Positions 19,538 to 29,377 of a stretch of DNA of 64,000 bases are shown in pieces. The translations under genes and the position numbers were made by a program. The notes below the pieces were generated by a model. The model worked only from the letters and a program-made list of their open reading frames with translations, was not told the DNA's origin and did not search any database. Position 1 is the first letter of the stretch; every line of letters starts with the position of its first letter. The stretch comes from Candidatus Latescibacterota bacterium (GTDB lineage Bacteria > Latescibacterota > UBA2968 > UBA8231). The stretch spans positions 64,001-128,000 of the forward strand of contig CBDCXV010000002.1 in NCBI GenBank assembly GCA_965223905.1, given 5' to 3'.

Positions 19538-21633
19538 TGCTCGAGGACCCGCTGCCAGAACCCCATCTGATCGGCGGACACGTTCGCATTCCGTGCAGCA
19601 AGCTGCCCCTGGAGCTTCTCGGCCAGCTCGCGAAGAAACGGTCGAAACACTTCCTCGAACTCTGGTTTGGTCAAGGAGTCATCGCTCGGCTGGTAGTCGA
19701 CTTCACGCAGCACAATCAGGAAGTCCGCGAGGGTCAGGAGCCCCTCATCCGCCGAACCGTCTGTGGAATCGAGCTCACGTACCAGGCGCTTAGCGAACGT
19801 CTCGATGCCGATCATGCCCCGCAACCGCCATTCGAGCGCCTGCCGGCCCCATACCGGACGCTGAAGATTCGAGCGAAGCTGCGCAAGCATGCGGGCCCGA
19901 CGCCGGATACGGTGGAGGAAGGTGGACTGCAAATCGTGACGCCGGAGCGGGTCGAGGTCGGAAGGGGTAGCTGAATCGAGGTCGGTGTCGAACGTGTCCG
20001 AGGCTTGCTGGCCGCGAGCCCAGGCGCGAAACGCAGCGCTCGGATCCGGGGCCGCGAGGAGCCAGAGCATGTCATCTGCGGACATCTGCTCCAGCCGGGG
20101 GGGAGGTGGCAACCGCTGCGGGTCTTCCACGTTGAGCGGCAGGAAAGCTTCCAGGCCGTCCCACGAAATCAAAAGCCGGTCGGGTGGCTGCAGTGGCGGC
20201 CAATTCAGGGACACGGCCTCTGGGGATCCCATGTCCGACCACGACCACTGGTTGAGGAGTTCCCTTTCGTCCCGGCCACAGGCGTGGATCCTCCATTCGG
20301 GAGGCAAGAGTTCGGGGACCAGGAACACCACGATCTGCCGCTCGTCGCCCGCTCGGTAGGTCGCCGACAAGATGCCTGCGGGAACGAGTGCACCGGGCTC
20401 ATTCTCTTCCTCGTCGTGATCCCGCTGAGGCCCCAGCCATTCAGCCTCGTCCAGATCGTCGACCGGCTCCATCTGAGGCCATATCGCTTCGAGGTTACCG
20501 GCCTCACGACCGAAAGCGACCCGCTCCGCAACGGTCACCAGATTCGCCTCCGCGTTGCGGTGAGAGGTCACCCCCATGCCCGCGCTGGTGAAATTGGACG
20601 ATCCGACCAAGAGGGCCGAGTACGTGTCCCCTAGCAAAGCGAGCATCTTCGCGTGCCAGGGTCTACGGTTCTCGTCCTCGTCGAAATCCGGTAGGATCTC
20701 GACGGTGACACTCCCTCGATACTTGAGGGGTGTTGATGTGATAGCTTTTGGCGCAGCAAGACGGGGAACAGCCGGTTCTCCATCTTCGAGGACCGCCGGC
20801 ACGCAGAAGCAGATCTCACGAGACCGGCCCCTTGCCATCGACTGGCAGAGCGCCGCGGCCACGCGAGACCTGTCGTCGTCGGCATCGAAAAACGGGGAGG
20901 CAATCCAGGCCTCGTAAGGCGATCCGCCTCGACGACGGCAGATGGCCAGCGCCTCCTCGAGGCTACTGCGCCCCTCTTGACCCGATGGGGCGGCCGGAAG
21001 CGTGCATGCGAACTTCTGTCGCACCCGGCCCTTGCTCCTCGGGCGCGCCCAGGCCCCGGCCTGTCGTTCCACTTGCGCCAGATAGGTATCCGCCCGCTGC
21101 ACCTCGGGGGTGCTTTCCCGACCACGGGGAACGAATGTGAGGAGGTCGCGGAGAAAAGCCACCGCCTGGGCCAGCAGCTCCCTGTCGGCTTCCTTGGGGG
21201 AAAGGTCGACAGTGGCAGCGACCTCGTGGTTCGTCCGGTAGCCGGGCTCCGTGAGGTTGGCGGAGGCCACAATGATTCGGATGTGGTTGCTCCATGCGAG
21301 AACGCTGAGCTTTGCATGCTGCCTCCCCCCTGGAATCCGTACCGGAAGGAGGTCCCAGCGCAGCGAGTGCTCCACGCCGGCCTGCGTGTGGTCGACCATA
21401 ACCCCCGCGTATACGCTGCCAAGTCGGCAATCGCGCTCCACCCTGAACGCCCAATCCTCCCGATCGGGGTCGGACCCGATCTCCAGGAAGCGGGCCAGGC
21501 ACTGCTCGTCGAACAGGCCGGGTGTGAGCGTATAGGTTGTCGCCAGACAGCCGATGGGGTCTCCGGCATCCGCAGGCGGCCGCCACAGCTCCAGCATGGC
21601 GCAGCTACTCTCTCTACTCTTCCCCCTGCTCAT
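19528..21633 (-). CDS. phospholipase D-family (two HxK motifs) nuclease-like protein
   Basis: QHAKLSVL..IIVASANLT and WHAKMLAL..LLVGSSNFT. Confidence 0.85.
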   Translation of the reverse strand: MSRGKSRESSCAMLELWRPPADAGDPIGCLATTYTLTPGLFDEQCLARFLEIGSDPDREDWAFRVERDCRLGSVYAGVMVDHTQAGVEHSLRWDLLPVRIPGGRQHAKLSVLAWSNHIRIIVASANLTEPGYRTNHEVAATVDLSPKEADRELLAQAVAFLRDLLTFVPRGRESTPEVQRADTYLAQVERQAGAWARPRSKGRVRQKFACTLPAAPSGQEGRSSLEEALAICRRRGGSPYEAWIASPFFDADDDRSRVAAALCQSMARGRSREICFCVPAVLEDGEPAVPRLAAPKAITSTPLKYRGSVTVEILPDFDEDENRRPWHAKMLALLGDTYSALLVGSSNFTSAGMGVTSHRNAEANLVTVAERVAFGREAGNLEAIWPQMEPVDDLDEAEWLGPQRDHDEEENEPGALVPAGILSATYRAGDERQIVVFLVPELLPPEWRIHACGRDERELLNQWSWSDMGSPEAVSLNWPPLQPPDRLLISWDGLEAFLPLNVEDPQRLPPPPRLEQMSADDMLWLLAAPDPSAAFRAWARGQQASDTFDTDLDSATPSDLDPLRRHDLQSTFLHRIRRRARMLAQLRSNLQRPVWGRQALEWRLRGMIGIETFAKRLVRELDSTDGSADEGLLTLADFLIVLREVDYQPSDDSLTKPEFEEVFRPFLRELAEKLQGQLAARNANVSADQMGFWQRVLEQCR

Positions 21634-22928
21634 GCGAGATCGTCCCGGAAGCTGCGGATCGGCAAACCGCGATAGGGGTGCACGTACCGCGTGGGGGTAA
21701 TTTCGGGGGGCTGGATACGATACGCTTGACGGATGTAGATGCGGTCGCCTCCGATGCGATCGAACCAGGGCCTCTTGCCGTCGGCGGATTTCCTCTGCTG
21801 AACCGTCTCGTGATGCTCGCAGAGCGTTAGAGCGCAGGTCCTCGCATCCATCGGCTCCGCCAGCCTGCCGAAACGCTCGTCAAAAAGATTCTGGATGGAG
21901 AAGCCGCTTGTCGTGATCTCGCCGAGAGCGCGGTGCGCTGCTGCGAAGCGCTCGTCGAGCCGGTCGACGCTCTCCCGGAACGCCTGGTTGCCAGCAATGC
22001 CGGGCACAAAATACCCTCGGGCGTCAGGCCCGGCCGCTTCGGCACGCAGGACGTTGAAGGCGTCCTGAAGGCCACGGGCGAAGGCCTCGTAGGACCGGAT
22101 CGCCTTCACGAGCGGTCTGTACTCTGGCGCCTTGCGCTCCAGGTCGACTTGAAGCGCCTCTTCCCGAAATGCGCCGTTCCCGTGGTTCACCAGAAGCTGC
22201 CAGAGCTGCGGAAGGGCGCCGAGTTGCCGGTCGTCTTCGGCGAGAAGAAGCTCGCGCAGGAGCCTCTTCTCCTTCGCTTTGGCCGCCCCGGGAGCAAACG
22301 ACTTGGCGAGCTCGGCCCATTCCGACGAACTCCAAGGCGGCTTCGTACGCGGCGGGGAGTGATTCAGGCTGCGGCGAACCGCCGCCCTCCAGCGGTCGAA
22401 CTGCCCCTTCGCGCCCGCGATTCCTCCCAGTCCTCGATCTCGCGCCCATGCGTCCGCAAGCCGCTCTGCCTGCGAGCCGGGGCCTAGATGGACGTCCAAC
22501 AATCCGAGATGGATCGCCAGGCGTTTATAGACTCCATGGAAGCCGAAAACCCGAGGCGTCTTCAGGTAGCTTCGGGCATCGAGGTATCCGTGTCGGGCGA
22601 GCGCTGTCCGTGTAACGCGGGTCCCGGGAACGCCCCGGATTGACAGGTCCTTTTCCGTATCCCGAATCAGCGCTTCGACAATCAGCCACTCCCACACGAG
22701 ATAGGGCGAAGCGTCGGGACGACGGGGATCCTCCTCCAAACTTTCCGTAACGAGGGAACCCACCGCCATGGCGGTCAGGAAACGGATCCGCTGCATCCGC
22801 TCACGGACCCCCGGTACGAGTTGGCTGGCCAGCTGATCAGCGATCTGGTAGAGGCCGAGCGGATCGAGGTTTCCTTCGCTGGTACCGGGTGGATCGTAGG
22901 TTGTCAGAAACGGAAGGGAAGCCGCCAT
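21630..22928 (-). CDS. hypothetical protein, DUF6361-like first gene of the helicase/PLD operon
   Basis: N-terminal GNLDPLGL..IADQL..LVPGV..R.R.RFL; ATGA overlap with the PLD gene. Confidence 0.7.
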   Translation of the reverse strand: MAASLPFLTTYDPPGTSEGNLDPLGLYQIADQLASQLVPGVRERMQRIRFLTAMAVGSLVTESLEEDPRRPDASPYLVWEWLIVEALIRDTEKDLSIRGVPGTRVTRTALARHGYLDARSYLKTPRVFGFHGVYKRLAIHLGLLDVHLGPGSQAERLADAWARDRGLGGIAGAKGQFDRWRAAVRRSLNHSPPRTKPPWSSSEWAELAKSFAPGAAKAKEKRLLRELLLAEDDRQLGALPQLWQLLVNHGNGAFREEALQVDLERKAPEYRPLVKAIRSYEAFARGLQDAFNVLRAEAAGPDARGYFVPGIAGNQAFRESVDRLDERFAAAHRALGEITTSGFSIQNLFDERFGRLAEPMDARTCALTLCEHHETVQQRKSADGKRPWFDRIGGDRIYIRQAYRIQPPEITPTRYVHPYRGLPIRSFRDDLA

Positions 22929-23033
22929 TTGCTTTCATCTCGCATGGATATGGATATCCGTCACGGGATGTCCAAAATCGTCCCTACACCCAGCCATTGC
23001 CTGTTCGGGGTGCGGCACCATGTCTGATCCCGA

Positions 23034-23319
23034 TCAGACCGCCGATGCACCTGCCAACTCACGATCGATGGCATCGCCCTTGGTGGCTTCGACCTGCGAT
23101 ATGTCGTACTGGCTCTGGAGATTCATCCAGAAGGCCGCCCCGGTTCCGAAATAGCGCCCGAGGCGAACGGCCGTGTCGGCGGTGATCGACCGCTCCGCCC
23201 GAAGGATTGCCGTGATCCGGTTGGCGGGCACCCGGATGGCGAGCGCGAGCTGATTCGCGCTCATGTCGCGGGCGTTGAGCTCTGCTCGGAGGAGTTGTCC
23301 GGGGTGTGTCAGGTGCCAT
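23034..23319 (-). pseudogene. higA: HigA-family XRE antitoxin (start ATG out of frame; no HigB)
   Basis: HPGQLLRAEL..NQLALAIRVPANRIT..RSITADTAVRLGRYFGT.AAFWMNLQ; the ATG at 23319 is one base out of frame. Confidence 0.75.
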
Positions 23320-23635
23320 TTGCCAGCCGAGCACTCACCAACCGGTTCAGGCTCACCCCCTGCTCGGCCGCTTGTATGGCGAGTATCCGGTGCGATTCCG
23401 GCGGCACGCGAACCATGAACTTCCCGCTGTAGCTGCGGTCCGCTATCGGCTCCGGCGCGGTTTCTCCATTGGCGTGCATGTCTGCGAGGCACTCGCTCAC
23501 AAGGCGCTGGATTCCGGACAGAGCCTTGGCGGGGGTAGGTGCCATCCAGCTCAGCGATGGGAATTCCGCGCACAGACCCACGTGTTCGTTGTCCTCGGAC
23601 GACCACGTGATGCGGTAGGTGTAATGGTCGCTCAT
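23309..23635 (-). CDS. hicB: HicB-family antitoxin
   Basis: YTYRITWSSED..VGLCAEFPSLSW..YSGKFMVRVPPESHR..GVSLN. Confidence 0.9.
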   Translation of the reverse strand: MSDHYTYRITWSSEDNEHVGLCAEFPSLSWMAPTPAKALSGIQRLVSECLADMHANGETAPEPIADRSYSGKFMVRVPPESHRILAIQAAEQGVSLNRLVSARLANGT

Positions 23636-23880
23636 CGCATGCCCTCCAATTTTTCGATTGCCCTGATGACTTGGCGGACCTGGTATGCCTTCGCCATTCC
23701 CTTGGTGTTCTGGATGTTCACTCGCGGATTTCCCGGCCACGGTGTCCGGTAGACCCGATGGCTGGTGCCCTTCTGGCGCGGGGTTCCGAAGTAGGCGTCG
23801 CACACCTTGGCGAGAACCGCGAAGCGGACTCCTTTCGGATTGTTGCGAAGCGCCTCGAGGATTACGGCGGTGTTCGCCAC
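23632..23880 (-). CDS. hicA: HicA-family toxin
   Basis: NNPKGVRF..YFGTPRQKGTSHRVY.TPW.G.PRVNIQ..AKAYQVRQV; ATGA overlap with hicB. Confidence 0.88.
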   Translation of the reverse strand: MANTAVILEALRNNPKGVRFAVLAKVCDAYFGTPRQKGTSHRVYRTPWPGNPRVNIQNTKGMAKAYQVRQVIRAIEKLEGMR

Positions 23881-23887
23881 GGCAAGT

Positions 23888-23915
23888 ATAATACTAATAG
23901 TGATACTACAGTCAA
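23888..23915 (-). promoter_or_regulatory. sigma70-type promoter for a probably leaderless hicAB transcript, with TAGTAT repeats (possible operator)
   Basis: TTGACT-16-TATTAT ending 7 nt before the GTG start; TAGTATCA-N4-TAGTATTA overlaps it. Confidence 0.55.
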
Positions 23916-24025
23916 GGCCTGCATCGCTGCATCGAGAGAACCAGACAGGGCCTTGGATTACGCAAGTCCGGCCAGCGGGTGGCCCTGCCATCCAAGAAGA
24001 CGAGTCTCCGAGACAATTGTCTACC

Positions 24026-24058
24026 TTGCCGTCATTTTTCGCGGCAAAATGACGGCAA
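24026..24058. repeat. perfect 13-bp inverted repeat
   Basis: TTGCCGTCATTTT-N7-AAAATGACGGCAA between the divergent hicA and res genes. Confidence 0.7.
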
Positions 24059-24285
24059 CCTGGGCAACCAGGCGCGGACCAAATCCCCGGCGCCGGTTCC
24101 AGGCCCTCACTAATCCGTCGTCTCAGGAGGTCCCCGGCGGCGCAAAAAGCGCGCATGCACACCTACACCCGAACCTATATTTCTGAATGGTATCCAAGAA
24201 CGCTATGGCTCGACGACACCTCGAGCCCTCCCAATCCTGCCCGACTCGCCTGGCGACCGCCGACCACCTGCAGGGACCTGCCACC

Positions 24286-27200
24286 TTGACTGACCCTTTC
24301 TTCGAACACCCCGTCCTCAACTCCCCCTACGAGCGCCCGGACCGGCATTGGGAGCTGGACGAGACCGGGCAGCCGACCCAGAAAACCATCGAGAGCCGCC
24401 GGCAGGCGGAGTTCATCACCCCGATTCCGAAGCCCAGGAAACGCAAAGGATCCGGGCAACAGGCCAGGCTCGTATTCGACGAAAAGGCGCAGAAGCTCGG
24501 GACCGATGGCCAGCAGTACGACCTGACCGCCATCATCAACGGGGTTCGCCAGCAGGTCGACCGCTGGCGCGAGCTGCCGGACCCGGGCCAGTGGCAGGTG
24601 ACCCCGGAGACGGCCCGCCTGCTCCGGCACTGGCGGCACCACCACTTCAGCGGCATCCGCCCCTTCTTCTGCCAGCTCGAAGCCGCGGAGACCGCCATCT
24701 GGCTCACCGAGGTGGCGCCCGGCACGCGAGCGGGCCGGAACTTCCTCGACCATCTGGCCAACGCCAACGACGACGCCAACCCGGAGCTGCCGCGGCTGGC
24801 TCTCAAGCTGGCGACGGGCGCCGGCAAGACCACGGTCATGGCGATGCTGATCGCCTGGCAGACCGTCAACGCGGTGCGCCGGCCCCAGAGCAGCCGCTTC
24901 ACGCGCGGCTTCCTCGTGGTCACCCCCGGCATCACCATCAAGGATCGCCTGCGCGTGCTGCAGCCGAACGACCCGGACAGCTACTACCAGAGCCGCGAGC
25001 TGGTTCCCAACGACATGCTGCCCGACCTGGAGAAGGCGAAGATCGTCATCACCAACTACCACGCCTTCAAGCTGCGCGAGCGCATGGAGCTGTCCAAGGG
25101 GGGCCGTTCCCTGCTCCAGGGACGGGGCGAGTCGCTGGCGACCCTCGAGACCGAGGGGCAGATGCTGCAGCGGGTCATGCCGGAGCTCATGGGCCTGAAG
25201 AACCTCCTCGTCCTCAACGACGAGGCCCACCACTGCTACCGCGAAAAGCCGGGAGAGGTGGAAGAGGAGGCGCTGAAGGGGGACGACAGGAAGGAGGCCG
25301 AGAAGAACACGGAGGCCGCCCGCCTGTGGATTTCGGGGCTGGAAACCGTCGGCGAAAAGCTCGGCATCAACCGGGTATTCGACCTCTCGGCGACCCCCTT
25401 CTTTCTGCGCGGGTCGGGATACGCCGAAGGCACCCTGTTCCCGTGGACGATGTGCGACTTCTCGCTCATGGATGCCATCGAGTGCGGCATCGTCAAGCTG
25501 CCCCGCGTGCCGGTCGCCGACAACATCCCAGGCGGCGACATGCCGAAGTTCCGCAACCTGTGGGAGCATATCCGCGAGGACATGCCGAAGAAGGGGCGGG
25601 GCAAGGCCAGCCACCTCGATCCCCTGAGCCTGCCGGTCGAGCTGCAGACCGCGCTGGAGGCGTTGTACGGGCACTACCGGAAAACCTTCGAGATGATGCA
25701 GGAGGCGAGCATTTCCGTGCCCCCCTGCTTCATCGTCGTCTGCAACAACACCTCGACCTCCAAGCTGGTCTACGACTACATCTCCGGCTTCCACCGCGAG
25801 AACGAGAACGGCTCGGCGACGTTGGAGAACGGGCGCCTCGAGCTGTTCCGCAACTTCGACGACGACGGCACCCGGTTCCCGCGGCCCCGCACCCTCCTGA
25901 TCGACAGCGAACAGCTCGAGTCCGGGGAGGCGCTGGACAGGAACTTCCGCGACATGGCCGCCGGCGAGATCGAGCGCTTTCGCCGCGAGATCGTCGAGCG
26001 CACCGGCGACCGCCGCCAGGCCGAGAAGATCACCGACCAGAATCTCCTCCGGGAGGTCATGAACACCGTCGGCAAGGAGGGCCGGCTCGGGGACTCGATC
26101 CGCTGCGTGGTGTCTGTGTCGATGCTGACCGAAGGGTGGGACGCCAACACCGTCAGCCACGTGCTCGGGGTCCGCGCCTTCGGAACCCAGCTGCTCTGCG
26201 AGCAGGTCGTCGGCCGCGCCCTGCGGCGCCAATCCTACGACCTCAACGAGGAAGGCCTGTTCGACGTCGAGTACGCCGACGTCCTCGGGATACCGTTCGA
26301 TTTTACCGCCAAACCGGTCGTGGCCCCGGCGAAGCCGCCGCGGGAGACCGTCCAGGTGCGGGCCGTGCGCCCGGAAAGGGACGCGCTGGAGATTCGCTTC
26401 CCGCGGGTGGCCGGGTACCGGGTGGAGCTGCCGGAAGAGCGGCTCGCGGCGGAGTTCAACGACGACTCCGTCCTCGACCTCACTCCCGACCTGGTCGGTC
26501 CCTCGATTACGAGGAACCAGGGGATCATCGGCGAGGGGGTCGACCTCAACCTCGTTCACACCAACGGCCTGCGCACCTCGACCCTCCTGTTTCACCTGAC
26601 CCAGCGCCTGCTCTACACGAAGTACCGCGACCCGGGCGAGGAGCCGAAGCTCCATCTCTTCGGGCAGCTCAAACGGATCACCAGGCAGTGGCTCGACGGC
26701 TATCTCGTCTGCAAGGGGGGCACCTATCCCGCCCAGCTCATGTACCAGGAGCTGGGCGACCTGGTTTGCGAGCGCATCGCCGCGGCCATCACCCGGGAGG
26801 GAATCGACAGCCGCCCCGTGAAGGCCGTGCTCGATCCGTACAATCCCGTCGGTTCGACCGCCCACGTAAATTTCAACACCACCAAAACCAGCCGGTACGA
26901 AACCGATTCCCGCCGCTGCCACGTAAACTGGGTCGTCCTCGACAGCGACTGGGAAGCGGAGTTCTGCCGCGTCGCCGAGTCCCATCCGCAGGTCAGGGCA
27001 TACGTCAAGAACCACAACCTCGGCCTGGAGGTCCCCTACCGTTCCGGCTCGGAAACGCGGACCTACCTCCCGGACTTCATCGTTCTCGTCGACGACGGCC
27101 GCGGCGAGGAGGATCTCCTGCACCTGGTCATCGAGATCAAGGGGTACCGGCGGGAGGACGCCAAGGACAAGAAGACGGCCATGGACACCTACTGGGTTCC

Positions 27201-27336
27201 CGGGGTGAACAACCACGAAGACTACGGGCGCTGGGGGTTTGCCGAGTTCACCGATGTTTTCGAGGTGGAATCCGCGTTCGATCGTTTGGTGAAACAGCTC
27301 CGCAACAAGTCAGAGTTCAATTCCGAGGCTGGCTGA
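24286..27336 (+). CDS. type III-like restriction endonuclease Res subunit (SF2 helicase plus PD-(D/E)xK)
   Basis: FFEHPVLNSPY, LATGAGKT, LNDEAHH, LSATP, MLTEGWD, YLPDFIV..IEIKG; start may be at 24187. Confidence 0.92.
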   Translation: MTDPFFEHPVLNSPYERPDRHWELDETGQPTQKTIESRRQAEFITPIPKPRKRKGSGQQARLVFDEKAQKLGTDGQQYDLTAIINGVRQQVDRWRELPDPGQWQVTPETARLLRHWRHHHFSGIRPFFCQLEAAETAIWLTEVAPGTRAGRNFLDHLANANDDANPELPRLALKLATGAGKTTVMAMLIAWQTVNAVRRPQSSRFTRGFLVVTPGITIKDRLRVLQPNDPDSYYQSRELVPNDMLPDLEKAKIVITNYHAFKLRERMELSKGGRSLLQGRGESLATLETEGQMLQRVMPELMGLKNLLVLNDEAHHCYREKPGEVEEEALKGDDRKEAEKNTEAARLWISGLETVGEKLGINRVFDLSATPFFLRGSGYAEGTLFPWTMCDFSLMDAIECGIVKLPRVPVADNIPGGDMPKFRNLWEHIREDMPKKGRGKASHLDPLSLPVELQTALEALYGHYRKTFEMMQEASISVPPCFIVVCNNTSTSKLVYDYISGFHRENENGSATLENGRLELFRNFDDDGTRFPRPRTLLIDSEQLESGEALDRNFRDMAAGEIERFRREIVERTGDRRQAEKITDQNLLREVMNTVGKEGRLGDSIRCVVSVSMLTEGWDANTVSHVLGVRAFGTQLLCEQVVGRALRRQSYDLNEEGLFDVEYADVLGIPFDFTAKPVVAPAKPPRETVQVRAVRPERDALEIRFPRVAGYRVELPEERLAAEFNDDSVLDLTPDLVGPSITRNQGIIGEGVDLNLVHTNGLRTSTLLFHLTQRLLYTKYRDPGEEPKLHLFGQLKRITRQWLDGYLVCKGGTYPAQLMYQELGDLVCERIAAAITREGIDSRPVKAVLDPYNPVGSTAHVNFNTTKTSRYETDSRRCHVNWVVLDSDWEAEFCRVAESHPQVRAYVKNHNLGLEVPYRSGSETRTYLPDFIVLVDDGRGEEDLLHLVIEIKGYRREDAKDKKTAMDTYWVPGVNNHEDYGRWGFAEFTDVFEVESAFDRLVKQLRNKSEFNSEAG

Positions 27337-27492
27337 ACGAAGACAACTCCCTGGAACTGGAAATACCCCCCGGCGTCTCAAGGAACTTGAAGGTAATTTC
27401 AATGACTCACGTCTATCCCGGCAAAGTTAGACTCAGCTTTACAAGGCATTCTCAATTCTCCATCTTGGAAAAGAGCAAGGAGTAAAGCTCCC

Positions 27493-28284
27493 GTGAAATC
27501 TCCGTCAAGACCCTTCGGAAATCCGCCGGTCACCGAGGTTGTTGTGTCAACCTACTTCAACCCACCCCTATCCGCTTTGCGAAGCGAGCATATTGGCTTG
27601 TTCTGGGCGAAGGTAAAAGAGGAATTTCCTGTCGTGCGCCAGCAACTCCCAGTGGGAATCGGACCGGATGTCATTCCTGACGAGCCATTCCCTATGCCCA
27701 GGTACTGGTTCATTGCAGAGGACGACATAAATCTTATCCAGATACAAAGAAATGCCTTTATGTTCAATTGGCGTCGTAAAAAGGAAGACTACCCTCTTTT
27801 TTACAACGATATCAAACCTGCCTTCGATAAATACCATGGCATTTTCAGTGAATTTGTCCGAAGGGAAGTCGATGACAATAACCTTAAAATCGATCTTTGT
27901 GAACTGGCCTACATAAATACCTTGGAGGCATGTGATTACTGGGCAGGACACCACGACACGAGGAAAGTCATCCCTTCATTTTCGATTGTAGAGTCAGGTG
28001 TCAACGCTTCGGAATCTGGGGAGTTCAACTGCAATTACGCGTACGAGCTCTCAGCGGATATGCACCTCAAAGTCGGCATACGCAGCGGGGTTAAGGCTCA
28101 GCAACAAAGTGCGCCGGTTCTGATATTTGAAATCAGAGCAAGTGGTCGCCTTGGCCAAGTAGAAAAGTCAAGGGCAGACGAATGGTTCGAGCGTTCCCAT
28201 TCGGCCATTACCAAGTGCTTTTTGGAAATTACGAGCCGGGACATTCAAAATCGTTATTGGAAGCCGGTGGAGAAAACACAATGA
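27493..28284 (+). CDS. TIGR04255-like protein
   Basis: FGNPPVTEVV..F, PRYWF..LIQIQ..F.FNWR...YP, ELAYIN, WFERSH..I..F..IT; recognised family pattern. Confidence 0.75.
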   Translation: MKSPSRPFGNPPVTEVVVSTYFNPPLSALRSEHIGLFWAKVKEEFPVVRQQLPVGIGPDVIPDEPFPMPRYWFIAEDDINLIQIQRNAFMFNWRRKKEDYPLFYNDIKPAFDKYHGIFSEFVRREVDDNNLKIDLCELAYINTLEACDYWAGHHDTRKVIPSFSIVESGVNASESGEFNCNYAYELSADMHLKVGIRSGVKAQQQSAPVLIFEIRASGRLGQVEKSRADEWFERSHSAITKCFLEITSRDIQNRYWKPVEKTQ

Positions 28285-28928
28285 CTCTGGAACCACCCAG
28301 TCCATCCACTATGGACTACGTGCCCCCCTCACTGTCGCCAGAACATGGCTCCACTTCGGCTGTTGATCTGGATCAGGATTGGAGACACCAAAGGCTTCTC
28401 TTTTCGAGCCATTACCCTAGTCCTTCAGGAAACGACGACATCGCCTTCGGAGACTATACGGCCAGCATCCTTGACGAATCATCAAGTACACGTACGGATT
28501 ATTTGGTTAAACCGATTGACCTGCGGAGCCGATTGAACGCTGAAATTGATGACAGGATGAAAATTGCCCGGGGAGTGTACCATGCATATTGGATCCGCAT
28601 TGAATCGCTGATTAGTGATGCGATCCTCGAGAGTTTCACCGTTAACAGGGAATCCGAGTGGGACTTCTGGTCCTTTGTCAAGTCAGTCCCATTCGCCAGC
28701 AAGGGAGAGTTGGTGCTTTTGGACAATGGCAATCTGCGCGCCGTCTGGGACGGGGAAGACGGCAGCCATTTGGGGCTTCAATTTCTCGGTGGACGCATGC
28801 TTCAATTTGTCATTTTCCGACGGCGGAAGGGAAGCGCCCATATCTCGCGTGTTGCTGGACGCGAGACTTTTGAAGGCGTTAGAAAGCAGGTGCGGATCTT
28901 CGACCTCGAAGTACTCCTTAGCACATGA
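28281..28928 (+). CDS. hypothetical protein (S/P/D-rich N-terminus, folded C-terminus); candidate antitoxin
   Basis: ATGA-coupled to both neighbours; 215 aa. Confidence 0.65.
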   Translation: MTLEPPSPSTMDYVPPSLSPEHGSTSAVDLDQDWRHQRLLFSSHYPSPSGNDDIAFGDYTASILDESSSTRTDYLVKPIDLRSRLNAEIDDRMKIARGVYHAYWIRIESLISDAILESFTVNRESEWDFWSFVKSVPFASKGELVLLDNGNLRAVWDGEDGSHLGLQFLGGRMLQFVIFRRRKGSAHISRVAGRETFEGVRKQVRIFDLEVLLST

Positions 28929-29377
28929 AGGGCGATGACCTACCGGATGAAGATCATATCGTCCGATATGTAAAACCTACAAGCGTCCGCAGCGACGGCA
29001 AAGTGGATGGGTCGGAGTTCTGCTTGCGCGCACATCGGCCTGATGATACCGGTTTGTCCGTTAATTGGCTAGAATTCTTTCGTGACCTTGCAAAAGACGG
29101 TCAACTTGCTGAAGTAAGAAGACTGTCGCGATTGAAGGTGAGCGAACGAGGTTGTCTGGCCGAACTGAATGTCGGCGCAACAAAGCAGTACATCCGCAGG
29201 GAACTCGAGAGTCTTGGCTTCATCAATATGCCCTTGGATGCGGAGGGCGAATACGAAGCCGACCCATCTCACAGCGAAATGGTAGGGCTGCCTCCAGGAA
29301 ATTCCGATCAGGCCGCGTTAATTGGCGATATGATCGCTGAATGTATAAACGACACTCACCCGGCAAGAATCAGATAG
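28925..29377 (+). CDS. small ADP-ribosyltransferase-like protein; candidate toxin
   Basis: HIVRY (strand-1 Arg), F..R, GLSVNW (Ser motif), DPSHSE; ATGA-coupled; mod starts 4 nt after its stop. Confidence 0.55.
   Translation: MKGDDLPDEDHIVRYVKPTSVRSDGKVDGSEFCLRAHRPDDTGLSVNWLEFFRDLAKDGQLAEVRRLSRLKVSERGCLAELNVGATKQYIRRELESLGFINMPLDAEGEYEADPSHSEMVGLPPGNSDQAALIGDMIAECINDTHPARIR

Noticed and set aside
16643-22928. DISARM or BREX assignment for the helicase/PLD operon
   Set aside because: No DUF1998/DrmB, no linked DrmM methylase, and no PglZ or BrxC in the operon
24175-27485. Very long alternative-frame and antisense ORFs (e.g. 24175-27216, 24348-27485, 47721-50450, 4988-7189, 33292-35619)
   Set aside because: Shadow ORFs of high-GC coding sequence; R/P/G/A-rich, no motifs, and they overlap well-supported genes
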